Source: the human T2T-CHM13v2.0 reference genome, Homo sapiens. Taken from it: a DNA stretch of 64,000 nt. The position numbers and the translations under genes were made by a program. Shown piece by piece: positions 1-12,850 of the stretch. Where the stretch lies: the NCBI RefSeq assembly GCF_009914755.1, contig NC_060936.1; one strand, 5' to 3'. The notes under the pieces were generated by a model, which saw only the letters and a list, made by a program, of their open reading frames with translations, was not told where the DNA came from and ran no database searches. How positions within the stretch are numbered: the first letter of the stretch is position 1; each line of letters begins with the position of its first letter.

Positions 1-48
1 AGAGTTTCTGCTGAGAGTTCTGCTGTTAGTCTCACGGGCTTCCCTTGA

Positions 49-492
49 GATAAAAGCTGGAGAAAGAGAGAAGCCAGTAGTGTGGCTCAGTCCAAGTCTG
101 AAAGCCTCAAAACCAGGGGAGCCAACAGTGTAGCCTTCTCTCTGAGGCTAAAGGCCCGAGAACCAGGGGGAGGGGCTTCTGATGGGTGTCTCAGAGTCCA
201 AAGGCCAAACAACTTGGAGGCTGATGTCCAAGGGCAGGAGAGGAAGCCAAGTGTCCAGCATGGCATGGGAAGAGAGAGAGTGGGAAGGTTCTCTCTCTTT
301 CTTCCAGCTGAGCTGGCAGCCAATTGGATGGTGCCCACCCACGTTGAGGGTGGGTTTTCCTCTCCCAGTCCACTGACTCAAATGTCATTCTCCATTGGTA
401 ACACCCTCTCAGACACACCAGGAACAATGCTTCTTCAGCCATCTAGGCATCTCTCAATCCAGTAGAGTAGACACCTAATATTAACCATCACA
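49..492 (-). mobile_element. MLT2 (ERV-L) LTR, partial; MLT2A/B-like
   Basis: Minus strand starts TGTGATGGTTAATATTAGGTGTC and continues ...TTTGAGTCAGTGGACTGGGAGAGG...ACCCACCCTCAAC..GGTGGGCACCATCCAAT, as recalled for the MLT2 5' end. Confidence 0.8.
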
Positions 493-2700
493 GTTGACTT
501 AATTTCTAATGTTATCATAATCACTACTCAACCCCTAGAAAAATATAAGAACTCCCTTTAGTCCACTGTGATTTTTATTTATTTTCATTCTATTTCCATA
601 TGCCCTAAGTTAGTCATCATTATTAATACTATTTTATATAGTCTATCATTATTTTGATTTGTTAGATGTTTAACAATTTATTTGTTCATAATTGCTTCTT
701 GCCTTCCACTCCATCCTTTTGGATTCAACTTTCCACTTTCTAAAATATATCATTTAGTAATTGTTTTGCAAGGGTCTACAAACAGTAAACTCTTTAGTCA
801 TAGTTGTCTGAAAATTTCTTAATTTCTCAGTCAATTGTGGGTACTTTAGATATATAGAGAATTCAAGGTATACAGATTTTTTTTTCCTTTTTTCCTTTGG
901 CACTTTTAAGATACTTTTTTGTTGTCTTCTTGCATTGCATTAGGGTGACCAACTTGTCTCAGTTTATGAAGACTTTCCTGATTTCAGCACTAAAAAGTCC
1001 GGAGACCTTGAAATCTTCTCAGTCTCAGGAAAACTAGAATTGTTGACCATCCCACCTTAAATGTTGCTGTTGATAAATCTGATAATTGTCTAATTTTTGT
1101 TTCTTGTAAATAATATGTATTTCTTTGTTGTTTTTACTTTTAATATTTTCTCTTTCATTTTAGCATTGCATTAAGTTGGTTGCCAGCATGCCGGGAACTG
1201 GGCAGAGGGAGGGGGCTAAAAGTGAGGGCATCTCCCTTTGCAGTATGTAAACTTTCTTTTAATTCTTCTGTTTTCAGCATGTGTCCTCAGTAGCGCCTGG
1301 CATCCACAAGTCCAGACTTGTCTGGTTTAACTTGCACTCTTCTGCCTGGTGAATTAGAAGTAGCCACTTGGCTACTTGGGTGTTAGAAGAGTATTTGGGG
1401 GATTTAATCTTACTTTTTAAAGATTTCCAACCAATTCTTCTTTGGTCTGCTGCTCTCCCTGTCTTTAGAGGTCCTGGTGCTCTTAATTACTTGACTTCCT
1501 GGGGTTCAGTAACTTGAATTACCTTGATTATTTTTCATTTCCTTTATTTTCCACCACTCTCTCTCTCACATCAACACCATAGGTTTGGATTTCTACTTTC
1601 TCCAGCTCAATAAATCAACTATCATGTATTGATCCTAGTTCTAGCTTCCAAAATTTTGTTGGCATTTATTGTCTTCTCTTCCATTGTCATGACCTTACAT
1701 ATTTAAGCCTTTAAAAAATTTTTCTTTACTTTCATTTTGGTCGGGTTTCAGAAGTAGAATAAGCGCTTGTGTTAAATCTGTCATGTTTTACCAAAATCTC
1801 AAGGACTATATATTTTTTTCTTTCTATAAGTTCCATTTAGATTTTGTAAAATCTCCACTTTTTTCTCTTAGGGTCTTATTTTCTTGGTATTTTCATAGGA
1901 TATGTTTTGAATACTTTTAAATGTACTGATTTTATCATCTTTTTCTGGTTGCTCTTTCATCTCAAGTCATTGGGGGTGTAGCTGACCTTCTTTTTGTCTG
2001 TCTTTTGACATTCACTAATGATGGGTTGTGTGGGGCTTGGCTGCTTTTTGGTAATCCCATGTTATATATGTTATAGGAGTGTCCTTCGATAGTAGCTTTG
2101 TGTCCTGCACACATGGGAAGGACCTGCATGGACTAATTTCTAATGTTAATTTTTTGGCATGGGAATTCCTAGACTACGAGGGTTATATGATTCCAGTCCT
2201 TAGCTTGTGCGAGGTATAGAACCAGGGTTTTGATTTCTTAGTGACATATATGTTTTTTCACTGAGCGAAAGTCTTTCTGGCCTTCTCCCTGCTTCACTGA
2301 GGGGTGTCCCTTTGAGATTCTTGGTTTTACAGAGAGATTTTCAGTTTCAACTTTACCTCACATAGGCCTGAAGGAATTACCATCTACCTCTCCTTAGGAA
2401 GTGAAACTCAAGAGGATTATGGAGACTAATAAACATGCCTTGGACTATCACAGCATCTGCTCACATAATTACCACCCTAGTTTTCAGTTCCTGCTTTATT
2501 TCTGCACCTGGAGTTTACCCCCTTACTCCCACCAAGCTCAGACACACACTTTCATGGTTTTGCATTTTAAATGTCTGTGGAAGGAGGTCTCTATGTTTTC
2601 ATGGCCTACTATCTTTCCACAATCCTGTTTCTTTGTTTTCTTCCAAAATACTGGTAGGTGGATGTAAAAAAATGCAAAGGCAGACAAAGAGCATGAGCAG
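493..2700 (-). mobile_element. Highly decayed ancient L1 (L1M) fragments, boundaries approximate
   Basis: T-rich plus strand with antisense-L1-like phrases (gtaaactctttagtc..ttgtctgaaaat, tatagaattcaagg, ttggcactttt, gttgctgttgataaatct). Confidence 0.5.
941..1054. mobile_element. hAT-Blackjack MITE, MER81-like (114 bp)
   Basis: Left terminus TAGGGTGACCAAC, degenerate right terminus GTTGACCATCCCA, internal ttcagcact. Length fits recalled MER81. Confidence 0.7.
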
Positions 2701-5326
2701 CCACTCTAAATTGTCATAACTGAAACAAAAGAAGATGCCAGTTAGGTCCAAGATGGCAGCTTGGAAACATTGTTAGCATGCCTCTCTCACTTGGAAAGAC
2801 AAAATAGTATGTAGACATTCATGCTGTGAACTTTTTTCCAGGAAGCAACACAGAAACTTAACAGGAAAACTGAAAGAAACCCCAGAACCTTTGAAAGAAG
2901 TGATGGGCTGCAACCTGCACTGTGAACCAGGCAGAAAATTGTTTAAGTCCCTAGAGTGGGAGAAGGGGATAAACTGCCTCTGGGATATATACTCCCACAG
3001 GGGAGCCAGGCAATCCAGGCCATGGGGGAAAGGCCTTAACCCTACTCAATGCTGCAGCTGACTTAGTGAGTGGTAGGGAGAAGATGAGGAGCGGCATCAG
3101 GACATGCTTTGCGTGCACTCTTAGACTCCAGTAGGGATGGAGGGAAGCCATTCCTGATCCTACTTCTCAGGGGACCTTGTGGAAGTCCGCCAGCTAACTC
3201 AGGCAGTGGTTATAGGTTGAGAGAAGCTCCCAACTGAGATTTGTAATATAATCTCAAGCAGGGATAAACTACCGTGGCCAGAACTGAGGGGTGAATGGGA
3301 AGTGGGCTGTAGCCAGGGGCACAGGAGGTGGGTGCTCCTGTTTCACGAGCAGACTGGGAACTGCATGGCTTGAAAGCCACGGTTTCTGTCTCCATGGGGA
3401 AGGCTTATGGCCTGGGGCAGATTTGAGTTCTGAGCACAGACTGCCCGGAACCTAGCTAGCTGCTGCTAGTGGAACACTGTGGTGTGAGACTTGCCTTGCC
3501 AAGTGCATGCCTGTTACTCCCCACTCCCTGGGTGGACATTTCTGTGCAGCAGAGGCAGCTGTGCTCCTCCCTGGAACATTACTCCAGTGGCTAGGGAACT
3601 GCCCTCCTATCCCCACTGGGACTGCTGCTTGCCCCACATGACTGGAGCCAGTGTGGACTTGCCTGACCTAGCTCCTATCTGACTTTGCCCCTCCACCGCT
3701 CCTGGTAGCATAACACAAGCGACAGAAGTTTTGGGAGCTTTATGCCCTGCCCATTGCCTGAGACACCAGAATGCTTCCCCTGGGTGATATAAGGCAAGCA
3801 CATATTCCACTCCTGCCACCAGAGCTGGTGCTCTTTGGCAAGTGCCACCTCTTGGCTGGAGGCCAACTGACACAGTCCATTACAGCATCTGCAGGCACAA
3901 CAACATTGCACCTAAGAAGGAGGAAACTTGTGTACGATCATAGCTTATCACTATTGCCTGCATGAACCTTGCTAGCCAGGAGGTCCTGAGTCTGTCCATG
4001 TGACCAATTCATTACTACTACAACCATTATTTGAGGAAGCCAATGAACTAAGGCTATTTATAACCAAAGAATTTCAGAGTCTGCATCACTCCCCTGCCAC
4101 CCCCATCAGAGCTGGTGCTAGTACCTGCTTCTGGGAGACTAGAGGACAGGTCACATCTCTGGATCCCTTGCAGAAATTCCCCAGTACCAGCCTGGAGTGT
4201 GGCAGTACCATTGGGTGGCTAGACCCAGAGGAACAGCAGGATTCACAGTAGTCTGGTCCTCAAGGACTCCTACTTCTAGGGGAAGGGGGAATGTAGTACA
4301 TCAAGGGAGCACCCTGTGGGACATTATAATCCAGAGGGCAGGACTTGCTTTTCTGAACTTTCTGCTTGTGGGAAGATTTTTTCAACAGAGGCAAAGGTGC
4401 AGTGCTGGGCTCAGTGGGGAAAGTCTGTGGCTCTTCCCCAACAGTCAGGCAGCCTGGTGTTCATGAAAGGTCTTGGAAAAGGGTCTTCTTATTTCCCTCA
4501 CCCACCACTGCAGAAACAGCTCACTGGGGCTTCTCCCATGGGATCTCAGCATGGGTGCACCTGTAGACAGCCTCTTTGAAACACTGCAGAGTGATTGCAT
4601 CCCCATAGGAGGAGTGTCCTCCAAGTTCAGGCTTGTATAAAGGTTAGAGTCATAATCCTTCTCTACAAAGAACATCAGCATTCCTACAGATAAAAAGAGG
4701 CACTTGTCTGATCTGAATAGCCAAACATTGGGTCAAGGGTGTGACTGGGAGGCAGATTACTGGCTTGGTAGGGGAGCTGAGGTGGTTCTCTCCTTTCTGC
4801 CTGAAAATACCTCAGTCTGTTTCACTAAGAGCTCCCTGAGCTGCCTCTGTCAAGTCTGGAACCTCTGTCCACCACTGAATATGGCATTTACCCATCTGCT
4901 TTAACCACAGCTGATTTTTACCCATAAACACCTCCCCTAGTGGGCTGAAGCCTGAACTGTTCAACTCAGTAAATAAAATCCTGGCGGGTAGAGGGGGAGA
5001 ATAAATAAATAAATGCACACCACTGGGGAATAAGATAAACTTCAAGAGAACTCTGCCCTTTCAACCACACAGGAAACAATGAACCTGCTCATACACTGAG
5101 CACATTGTCACTACAACCAGCAGCTGAAAAGGCCATAATATAAAGACTCTCTATAAACAAGGAACTCATACAGAGTCTTCATCCCTGAAAGCACCCAGAG
5201 CCAAATTAGGTTACTATAAACCACAATCATTAAAAATATACCCTCAAAGGGAGAAAAAAGAAATAAAAAAAAACACAGCCAAATTAAAAATAAACTTAAA
5301 AATAATTAGAAGAAATAGTCTACCAA

Positions 5327-6320
5327 TATAAAAAGGAACCAGAAAAATAATTCTGGCAACATGACCAAACAGGATTCCATAACATACCCAAAAGATCATA
5401 CTAGCTCTCCAGCAATGGACCTAGGCCAAGATGAAATATTTGACATACCAGGTAAAGAATAGGTTGATTATTAAGTTACTCAAGGAGATACAAAAGAAAG
5501 GTGAAATTCAACATAAACTAAAAAAAAAAACAATTCAGGATATGAATAAGAAATTTTCTAAAGAGATAGATATTGTAATGACAAACCAACCAGAACTTCT
5601 GGAAATGAAAGACACATTTAGGGAATTACAGAATGCAGTAGAAAGTTTTAATAATAGACTAGGCCAACTAGAAGGCAGAATTTCAGAGCTTGAAGATAAG
5701 CCTTTAAAATTAACTCGATCAAACAAAAATAAAGCAAAAAGAATTGAAAGAAATGAGCAAAGTCGCCAAGAAATTCAGAATTAATGTAAAATGGCCGAAC
5801 CTAAGAATCACTGGTGTTCCCAAGGGAGAAGAAAGGCAAAAAGTTTTAAAAACTTATTTGAGGAAATAATTGAGGAAAACTTTCTTGGTTATGCTAGAGA
5901 TTTAGACATCTATCTAAATATAAGAAGCTCAAAGAACTCTTAGGAGATTCATTGCAAAAAGGACATTTCCAAGGCATATAGTAATCAGGCTATCTAAAGT
6001 CAATGTGAAAGAAATAATTCTAAGAGCAGTGATAGAAAAATATCAGGTAACCTATAAAGGCAAATGTGTCAGACTAACAGCAGACTTGTCACCAGAAACA
6101 TTAGAAGCCAGAAGAGACTGGAATCTTTAGCCTCCCTAAACAGAGTAATTGTCAGCCAATAATTTTGTGTTCAACAAAACTAAGTTTCATAAATGAAGTC
6201 TTTTTCAGACAGGCAAATGCTGAGGGAATTTGTCACTACCAGACAAGGCCTACAGAAAATGCAAAGAGGAGTTCTAAATCTTGAAACAAAAAGTCAATAT
6301 GCACCAGAATAGAACCTCTT
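5327..6320 (+). pseudogene. L1 ORF1p remnant (frameshifts, stops, no intact start)
   Basis: ORF 5431-5784 encodes the ORF1 coiled coil (ELLEMKDTFRELQNAVESFNNRLGQLEGRISELED). Downstream ccgaacctaagaatcactggtg reads PNLRITG, like the RRM-start motif. Boundaries approximate. Confidence 0.85.
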
Positions 6321-6394
6321 GAAAGTATAGAACTCACAGGGCCTAGAAAACAATAACACAATAAAGAAAACAAAGTATTTAGATAACAATCAAT

Positions 6395-7023
6395 ATGATG
6401 ACTGGAACAGTACCTCACATCTCAATAGTAATATTGAATTTACATGGTCTAAATGCACTACTTAAAAGATACAGATTGGCAGTGTGGCTAAAAATAATCA
6501 CAAACCAAATATCTGCTGTCATGAAGAGACTTACCTAACACAAGGATTTTTATAGACTCAAGGTAAAGGGATGGAAGAAGATATTCCAAGCAAATGGAAA
6601 CCAAAAATGAGCAGAAGATGCTATTCTTTTAGCAGTTAAAACAAATTTTAAAGCAACAAAAGTAAAAACAAAAGACAGTCATTATATAATGATAAAATGA
6701 TCAACAAGAAGATATTATAACCTGTAATATATAACAACCTATAATATATAACATATATATTGTATATTATAGGTTATAATATCTTCTTGTTGAATTGATA
6801 TATACTGATATATGTTAACAGTTCAGCATATACTGATATATAGTATATGCTATATACAGTAGTTCAGCATATACTATATATGCCGTATTTGTTATGTACT
6901 GTAGTTCAGCATATACTATATATATGCTGTATATGCTATATACTGCATATATAGTATATGCTGAACTGAGCATATAATATATATGATATATATAACTTAA
7001 CCTAATAAGTAACATATATATGT

Positions 7024-7059
<36 letters not shown>

Positions 7060-10000
7060 CCTAACTATAACCCAACTCTATAGCTCCCAGATTTATAAAA
7101 CAATTACTACTAGACCTAAGAAAAGAGACAAACAGCAACACAACGATAGTGGAGGACTTCAACACTCCACTGACAGCACTAGGCAGATCATTTAGGCAGA
7201 AAGCCCACAAAGAAACTCTGGCCTTAAACTGCACTCTAGAACAAATGGATCTAACAGATATTTACAGAACATTCTACCCAAGAGCTTCAGACTACATATT
7301 CTTCTCAGCACACGGAGCATTCTCTAAGATAGACCACATGGTAGGCCACAAAACAAGTCTTGATAAATCTTGAAAAAATCAAAATTATATCAAGTATCTT
7401 CTTAGACCACAGTGGAATAAAACTATTATTCAACTCCAAAAGAAACCTGAAAATTGTGCAAATACATGGAAATTAAACAATCTGCTCCTGAATAATTTTG
7501 GGGTTAACAATGAAATCAAGATTGAGATTGAAAACTTCTTTGACATGAATGATGATAATGACACAAATTATCAAAATTTCGGACACAGCAAAAGCAGTGC
7601 TAAGAGGAAAGTTTATACTGCTAAACACCTACATCAAAAAAGTCTGAAAGATCACAATTTGACAATGTAACATCACACTTCAAGGAGCTAGAAAAACAAG
7701 AACAATGCTAGCAGAAGAAAAGAAATAAAGATCAGAGCAGAACTAAATGAAATTGGAGCAAAAAATACAAAAGATCTGTGAAACAAAAAGTTTGTTTTTA
7801 GAAAAAATAAAATCAATAGACCATTAGCTAAATTAACTAAGAAAAGAGGAGTGAGGATTTAAATAAGCTCAATTAGAAATGAAAGTAGAAACATTGCAAC
7901 GGACACCACAGAAATACAAAAGATCATTCAAGACAACTATGAACACCTCTATGCACACAAAATAGAAAATCTAGAGGAAATGAATATATTCCTGGAAACA
8001 TACAACCCTCCCAGCTTGAATCAAGAAGAAATAGAAATCCTGAACAGACCAGTAACAAGCAGTGAGATTGAAACAGTGACAAAAGAAATTGCCAACAACA
8101 GCAAATAAAGCCCAGGGCCACATGGATTCACAGCTGAATTCTACCAGACATTCACAGTAGAATTGATACCAGTCCTACTGAAATTATTCCAAAAAATTGA
8201 GAAAAAGAGAATCCTTCCTAACTCATTTTGTAAAGCCAATATCATCCTGATACCAAAGCCAGGAAAGGACATAACCAAAAAAAAAATAAAAATAAAAAAT
8301 AAAAAAAGAAAACTACAGACTGATATCCCTGATGAATATAGATGTAAAAATCTTCAACAAAATACTATCAACCTAATCGAACAACATATCAAAAAGATAA
8401 TTCACCATGATCAAGTGCATTTCATCCAAGCAGTGCAGGGATGGTTCAACATATGCAGGTCAATAAATGTGATTCACCATGTAAACAGAATTAAAAAAAC
8501 AATAACCATATGATTATCTCAATAGACACAGAAAAATCATTCAATAAAATCCAGCATTACTTTATGATAAAAACACTCAACAAACCATGCATAGAAGGGT
8601 ACCTCAAAATAATAAAAGTCATGTTTGTCAAATTCACAGCTAACATCACATTGAATAGGGAAAAGTTGAAATAATTCCCCCTAAGAACTGGAACAAGACA
8701 AGGATGCCCACTTTCATGACTTCTATTCAACATAGTACTGGAAGTCCTAGCCAGAGCAATCAGGCAAGATAAAGAAATAAACGGCATCCAAATTGGAAAA
8801 GAGAAATCAAACTATCTCTGTTTGCCCATGATATCACTGTATACATAGAAAACCCTAAAGACTCCTCCAAAAGACTCCTAGGTTTGATTGAATTCAGTAA
8901 AGTCTCAGGTTACCAAATCAGTGTACACAAATCAGTACCATTTCTATACACTAACAACCACCACGCTGAGAATGAAACCAAGAACTCAGTCCCTTTTACA
9001 ATAGCTATTATTAAAAAAACCATAGGAATATACTTACCGAAGGAGGTGAAAGATCTCTCCAAGGAAAACTACAAAACTGCTGAAAGAAATAATACATGAC
9101 ACAAACAAATGAAAATACATCCCATGCTCATAGATTGGAAGAATCAATATCATGAAAATGACCATACTGCCCAAAGCAACCTATAGATTCAATGCAATTC
9201 TTATCAAAATATCAACATCATTTTTCACAGATTTAAAAAAAAATCCAAAAATTCATACAGAACCAAAAAAGACCCTGAACAGCAAAAGCAGTCCTAAGGA
9301 AGAACAAATCTGGAGGCATCACATTACTTGACTTCAGGTTATACTACAAAGCTGTAGTTACCAAAATAGCACGGTACTGATATAAAAGTAGATACATAGC
9401 CCAATGGAACAGAATAGAGAACCCAGACATAAAGCCAAATACTTAAAACCAACTGGTCTTTGACAAAGCATTCAAAAACATAAATTGGGGAAACAATACT
9501 ATATTCAGTAAAGGGTGCTGTGATAAATGAATAGCCACATGTAGAAGAATGAAACTGGATCCCTATCTCCCTAAGACCCTACATGGTCTTTAATCTAAGA
9601 CCTAAAAACCATAAAAATTCTTGAAGGAAACCTAGGAAAAACTTTTCTGGACATCGGCCTAGGCAAATAATTTATGACTAGGAACCCCAAAGCAAATGCA
9701 ACAAAAAACAAAATAAATAAAGGGGACCTCATTGAACTAAAAAGCTTCTGTGCAGCAAAAGGAATAATCATCAGAGTAAACAGACAACCCACAGAATGGG
9801 AGAAAATATTTGCAAACTATGCATCTGACAAAGGACTAATATCCAGAATGTACAAGGAACTCAAGTCAGCAAGCAAAATAAATAAATAATCCCATCAAAA
9901 AGTGGGCAAATGACATGAACAGACACCTCTTAAAAGAAGATATACAAATGGTGAAAAAAGATTAGAAAACATGCTCAACATCACTAATCTCCACGGAAGT

Positions 10001-10330
10001 GCAAATTAAAACCAGTGAGATTCCACCCTACCCCAGTCAGAATGGCCATTATTAAAAAGTTGAAAAAAGAAAAGAAAAGAAAACAGACAAACAAAACAAA
10101 GGTGTTGGCATGGATGTAGTGAAAAGGGAACACTCATACACTGCTGGAGGGAATGTAAATTAGTACAACCTCAATGGAAAACAGCATGGAGATTTCTCAA
10201 AGACCCAAAAGTAGATTTATCATTCGATCCAGCAATCCCACTACGGAGTATCTTCCCAAAAGAAAAGAAGCCATTATATATATTTTTATATAATGCACAC
10301 ATATGTTTATCACAGGACAACTCACAATTG
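6395..10330 (+). pseudogene. L1 ORF2p (endonuclease/reverse transcriptase) remnant, disrupted
   Basis: ORF fragments DFNTPLTAL..DLTDIYRTFYP..HGAFSKIDHMVGHK (EN), [36 protein letters not shown] (RT) and [22 protein letters not shown] (C-terminal). Many stops and frameshifts. Confidence 0.9.
6701..7060. repeat. AT-rich fold-back/low-complexity insertion within L1 ORF2
   Basis: Inverted arms at 6701-6733 and 6761-6793. AGTTCAGCATATACT occurs three times forward and once inverted. Ends in a (TA)n run. Confidence 0.85.
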
Positions 10331-10389
10331 CAAAGATATAGGACCAATGTAAGTGCTAATTCACTGTTGAGTGGGTCAAGAAAATGTGG

Positions 10390-10461
10390 TATATATATAT
10401 ATATACACATATATATATATACACATATATATACGTATATATATGTATATATATACGTATA

Positions 10462-10502
<41 letters not shown>
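10390..10502. repeat. (TA)n-rich microsatellite in the L1 3'UTR
   Basis: Directly visible TA repeats interrupted by CA/CG/TG. Confidence 0.95.
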
Positions 10503-11412
10503 TATGGAATACTACTCAGCCATAAAAAGAACAAAATAATGTCTTTTGCAGCAGCTTGGATGGAGCTGGAGGCCACTATTCTAAGTGAAGTAACTCCAGA
10601 ATGAAATATCAAACACTGTATGTTCTCAATTGTAAGTGGGAGCTAACCTATGGGCATTCAAAGGCATGCCGAGTGGTATAATGGATATTGGAGACTCAGA
10701 ACAGGGGAGAGTGGGAAAGGAGTAAGGAATAAAAAACTGTATATTGGGTACAATGTACACTACTTGGGTGACAGGTGCACTAAAATCTCAGACTTCATCA
10801 CTGTACAATTCATCCATGTAACCAAAAGCCACTTGTACCCCAAAAGCTATTGAAATAAAAAAATTATTTAAAAAGAAGATGTCTTTTATGCAAAGAAACA
10901 TAAACTATTTTCTGAGAAAGATAATTTAACGGGAAAGATGCACTAAAAAACTACCAGGAATCAGAAGGAATCTATTTTAGATAAGCAGTTATCAATTTAG
11001 GCAACATGTTACTAAATATCTCAGTTTCCTGGAATGTGCTTATAAACACTAGGAAAAACTTGTGATATTGTTTGCATTACAAATCTGTCAGCTAATTAAA
11101 AGAATGCTACTACTGTAGTCACTGTGTTAAATTAAGTAAAAACAAATAGAAATGCACATAATTTCATTCAGAACAGAAGACATGGAAAAGTGTTATCTTG
11201 ACTGTTATGAAGAATATTACCAAGTTTCTGCACTTTCCCCCACTTCTTTTACTTAAAAATGTCATTTTAACAATGTAAAGATATGCCATTTGGACATTCT
11301 GTGAACTTATGTACATTCTAAAAACTTATGAGAGAAAAAAATTAATGTGGAATATCAAAGCTTCACCCTCTCCAAACAAAATTTATGAAGCAGAGATTTA
11401 GGATAAAGATGT

Positions 11413-12850
11413 TGCATTAATTCTCTATTACTACTGTAACATATAATTAGATTTAGTGGCTTAAAACAGCATGAATTTGTTATTTTACAGTTGCATATGT
11501 TAGAAAACTGACATGGGTTGTTCTAGGCTAAAATCAAGGTATCAACAGGGCTGTTCCTTTTTGGAGGTTCTAAGAGGTAATCTTTTTTTTTTTTTTTTTT
11601 TTTTTTTTTTGCCTTTTTCATCTTCTAGAGGCCTCCTGCATTCCTTGGCTCAAGTCCTCTTGCTATTTCCATCTTCAAAGTCAGTAACATTGCATTTCTA
11701 AGATCAGTCTTCCTTAGTGACATTTACCCCGACTGACCTCTTCTACTTTCCTTTTCCGCCTTAAAGAACCCTTGTGATATTGTGATATGAGAAATACATA
11801 TTTGGTCTTTTGTTCCTAGCAGAGAACTCCTAAAACTCTTGGAATTTCCTAAGTGATAAGAGCCATAAAGGTGAAAGGAGCATTTTCCGTTATTTATGAC
11901 AATCTCACATGAGTTTATGTTAATGAGATGACTTTTAGAAAGTCCCTAAGAATGGGGAGCTGGTTGCCAGAGGGCTTACCCATATGATTTGAGGTTTGGA
12001 GCTTTCAGCCCCTCCCTGAGCCCCACCTCCAGAGGTGTTAGAGATTGGGTTCGATCACCAGTAGCCAACGAGTTAATCAATCGTGTCTACATAATGGAAC
12101 CTCCATAAAAACTCTAACGGAAGGAGTTTGGAGAGCTTCCAGGTTGGCGAACACATGGAGGTGCTGGGAGGGTGGTGTGTGCCCAAAAAGGGCATGGAAA
12201 CTCCATGCCTCTTCTCATACCTTGCCCTGTGCAGCTCTTCCATTTGGCTACTCTTGAATTATATCCATTATAATAAAAATACAATGTCGTACTCATGTAA
12301 GTTTGTACTTTTGCCAAGCATAAGTAAATGTTTCTCTGAGTTCTGTGAGCCATTCTAGCCATTTATCAAACCTAAGGAATTATGGAACCTAAGGAGGATG
12401 TCATGGAACTCCTGATATACTGCTGATTGGCCAGAAACATGGGATACCCATACTTGAAATTGGCATCTGAAGTCAGTGCAGTCTCATAGGACTGAGCTCT
12501 TCACTTGTGGGATCTGACGCTAATGCCAAGTAGACAGTGTCAGAGTTGAATTGAATTGTAGGACACCCAGCTGACACTCAGAGAACTGAAGAATTGCTTA
12601 GTGTGGGGGAGACCCACAAATTTGGTGTCAGTGTTTGTGAGTATAGAATGAGTTTCTTTTTTCTTTTAAATTTTGTGATTACATTGGGCACCCAGATAAT
12701 TCAGATAGTCTCTTGAGTTTAAATTCAGTTGATGGAGGCTTAAATCCAACTGCAAACTTAATTCCCTGTTACCATAAAATCTGATATAATCGCAGGTTTT
12801 AGGAATTAGGAAATGGATACCTTTGAGGGTCCATTATTCTACCTACCACA
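11413..12850 (-). mobile_element. MaLR solo LTR (MLT1D-like), split by a MER21 insertion
   Basis: Minus strand begins TGTGGTAGGTAGAATAATGGACCC. The halves 11413-11772 and 12671-12850 rejoin as acccttgtgattacattggg. Confidence 0.8.
11773..12670 (+). mobile_element. MER21-family solo LTR nested in MLT1
   Basis: Starts TGTGATATTGTGATATGAGAAATACATATTTGGTC. Contains recalled MER21 motifs ggcatctgaagt, gtgggatctgacgcta, gtcagagttgaattgaattgtaggacacccagctg. Confidence 0.8.

Larger units (their letters stand above)
2740..10870 (+). mobile_element. Full-length inactive LINE-1, L1PB-class (L1PB3/4-like 3' end)
   Basis: TSD AAAAGAAGATGCC (2727-2739) / AAAAGAAGATGTC (10871-10883). YY1-like CAAGATGGC at 2749-2757. 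~2.6 kb GC-richer 5'UTR, then ORF1 and ORF2 remnants. 3' end ...ttcatccatgtaaccaaaagccacttgtaccccaaaagctattgaaataaaa. Confidence 0.93.
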
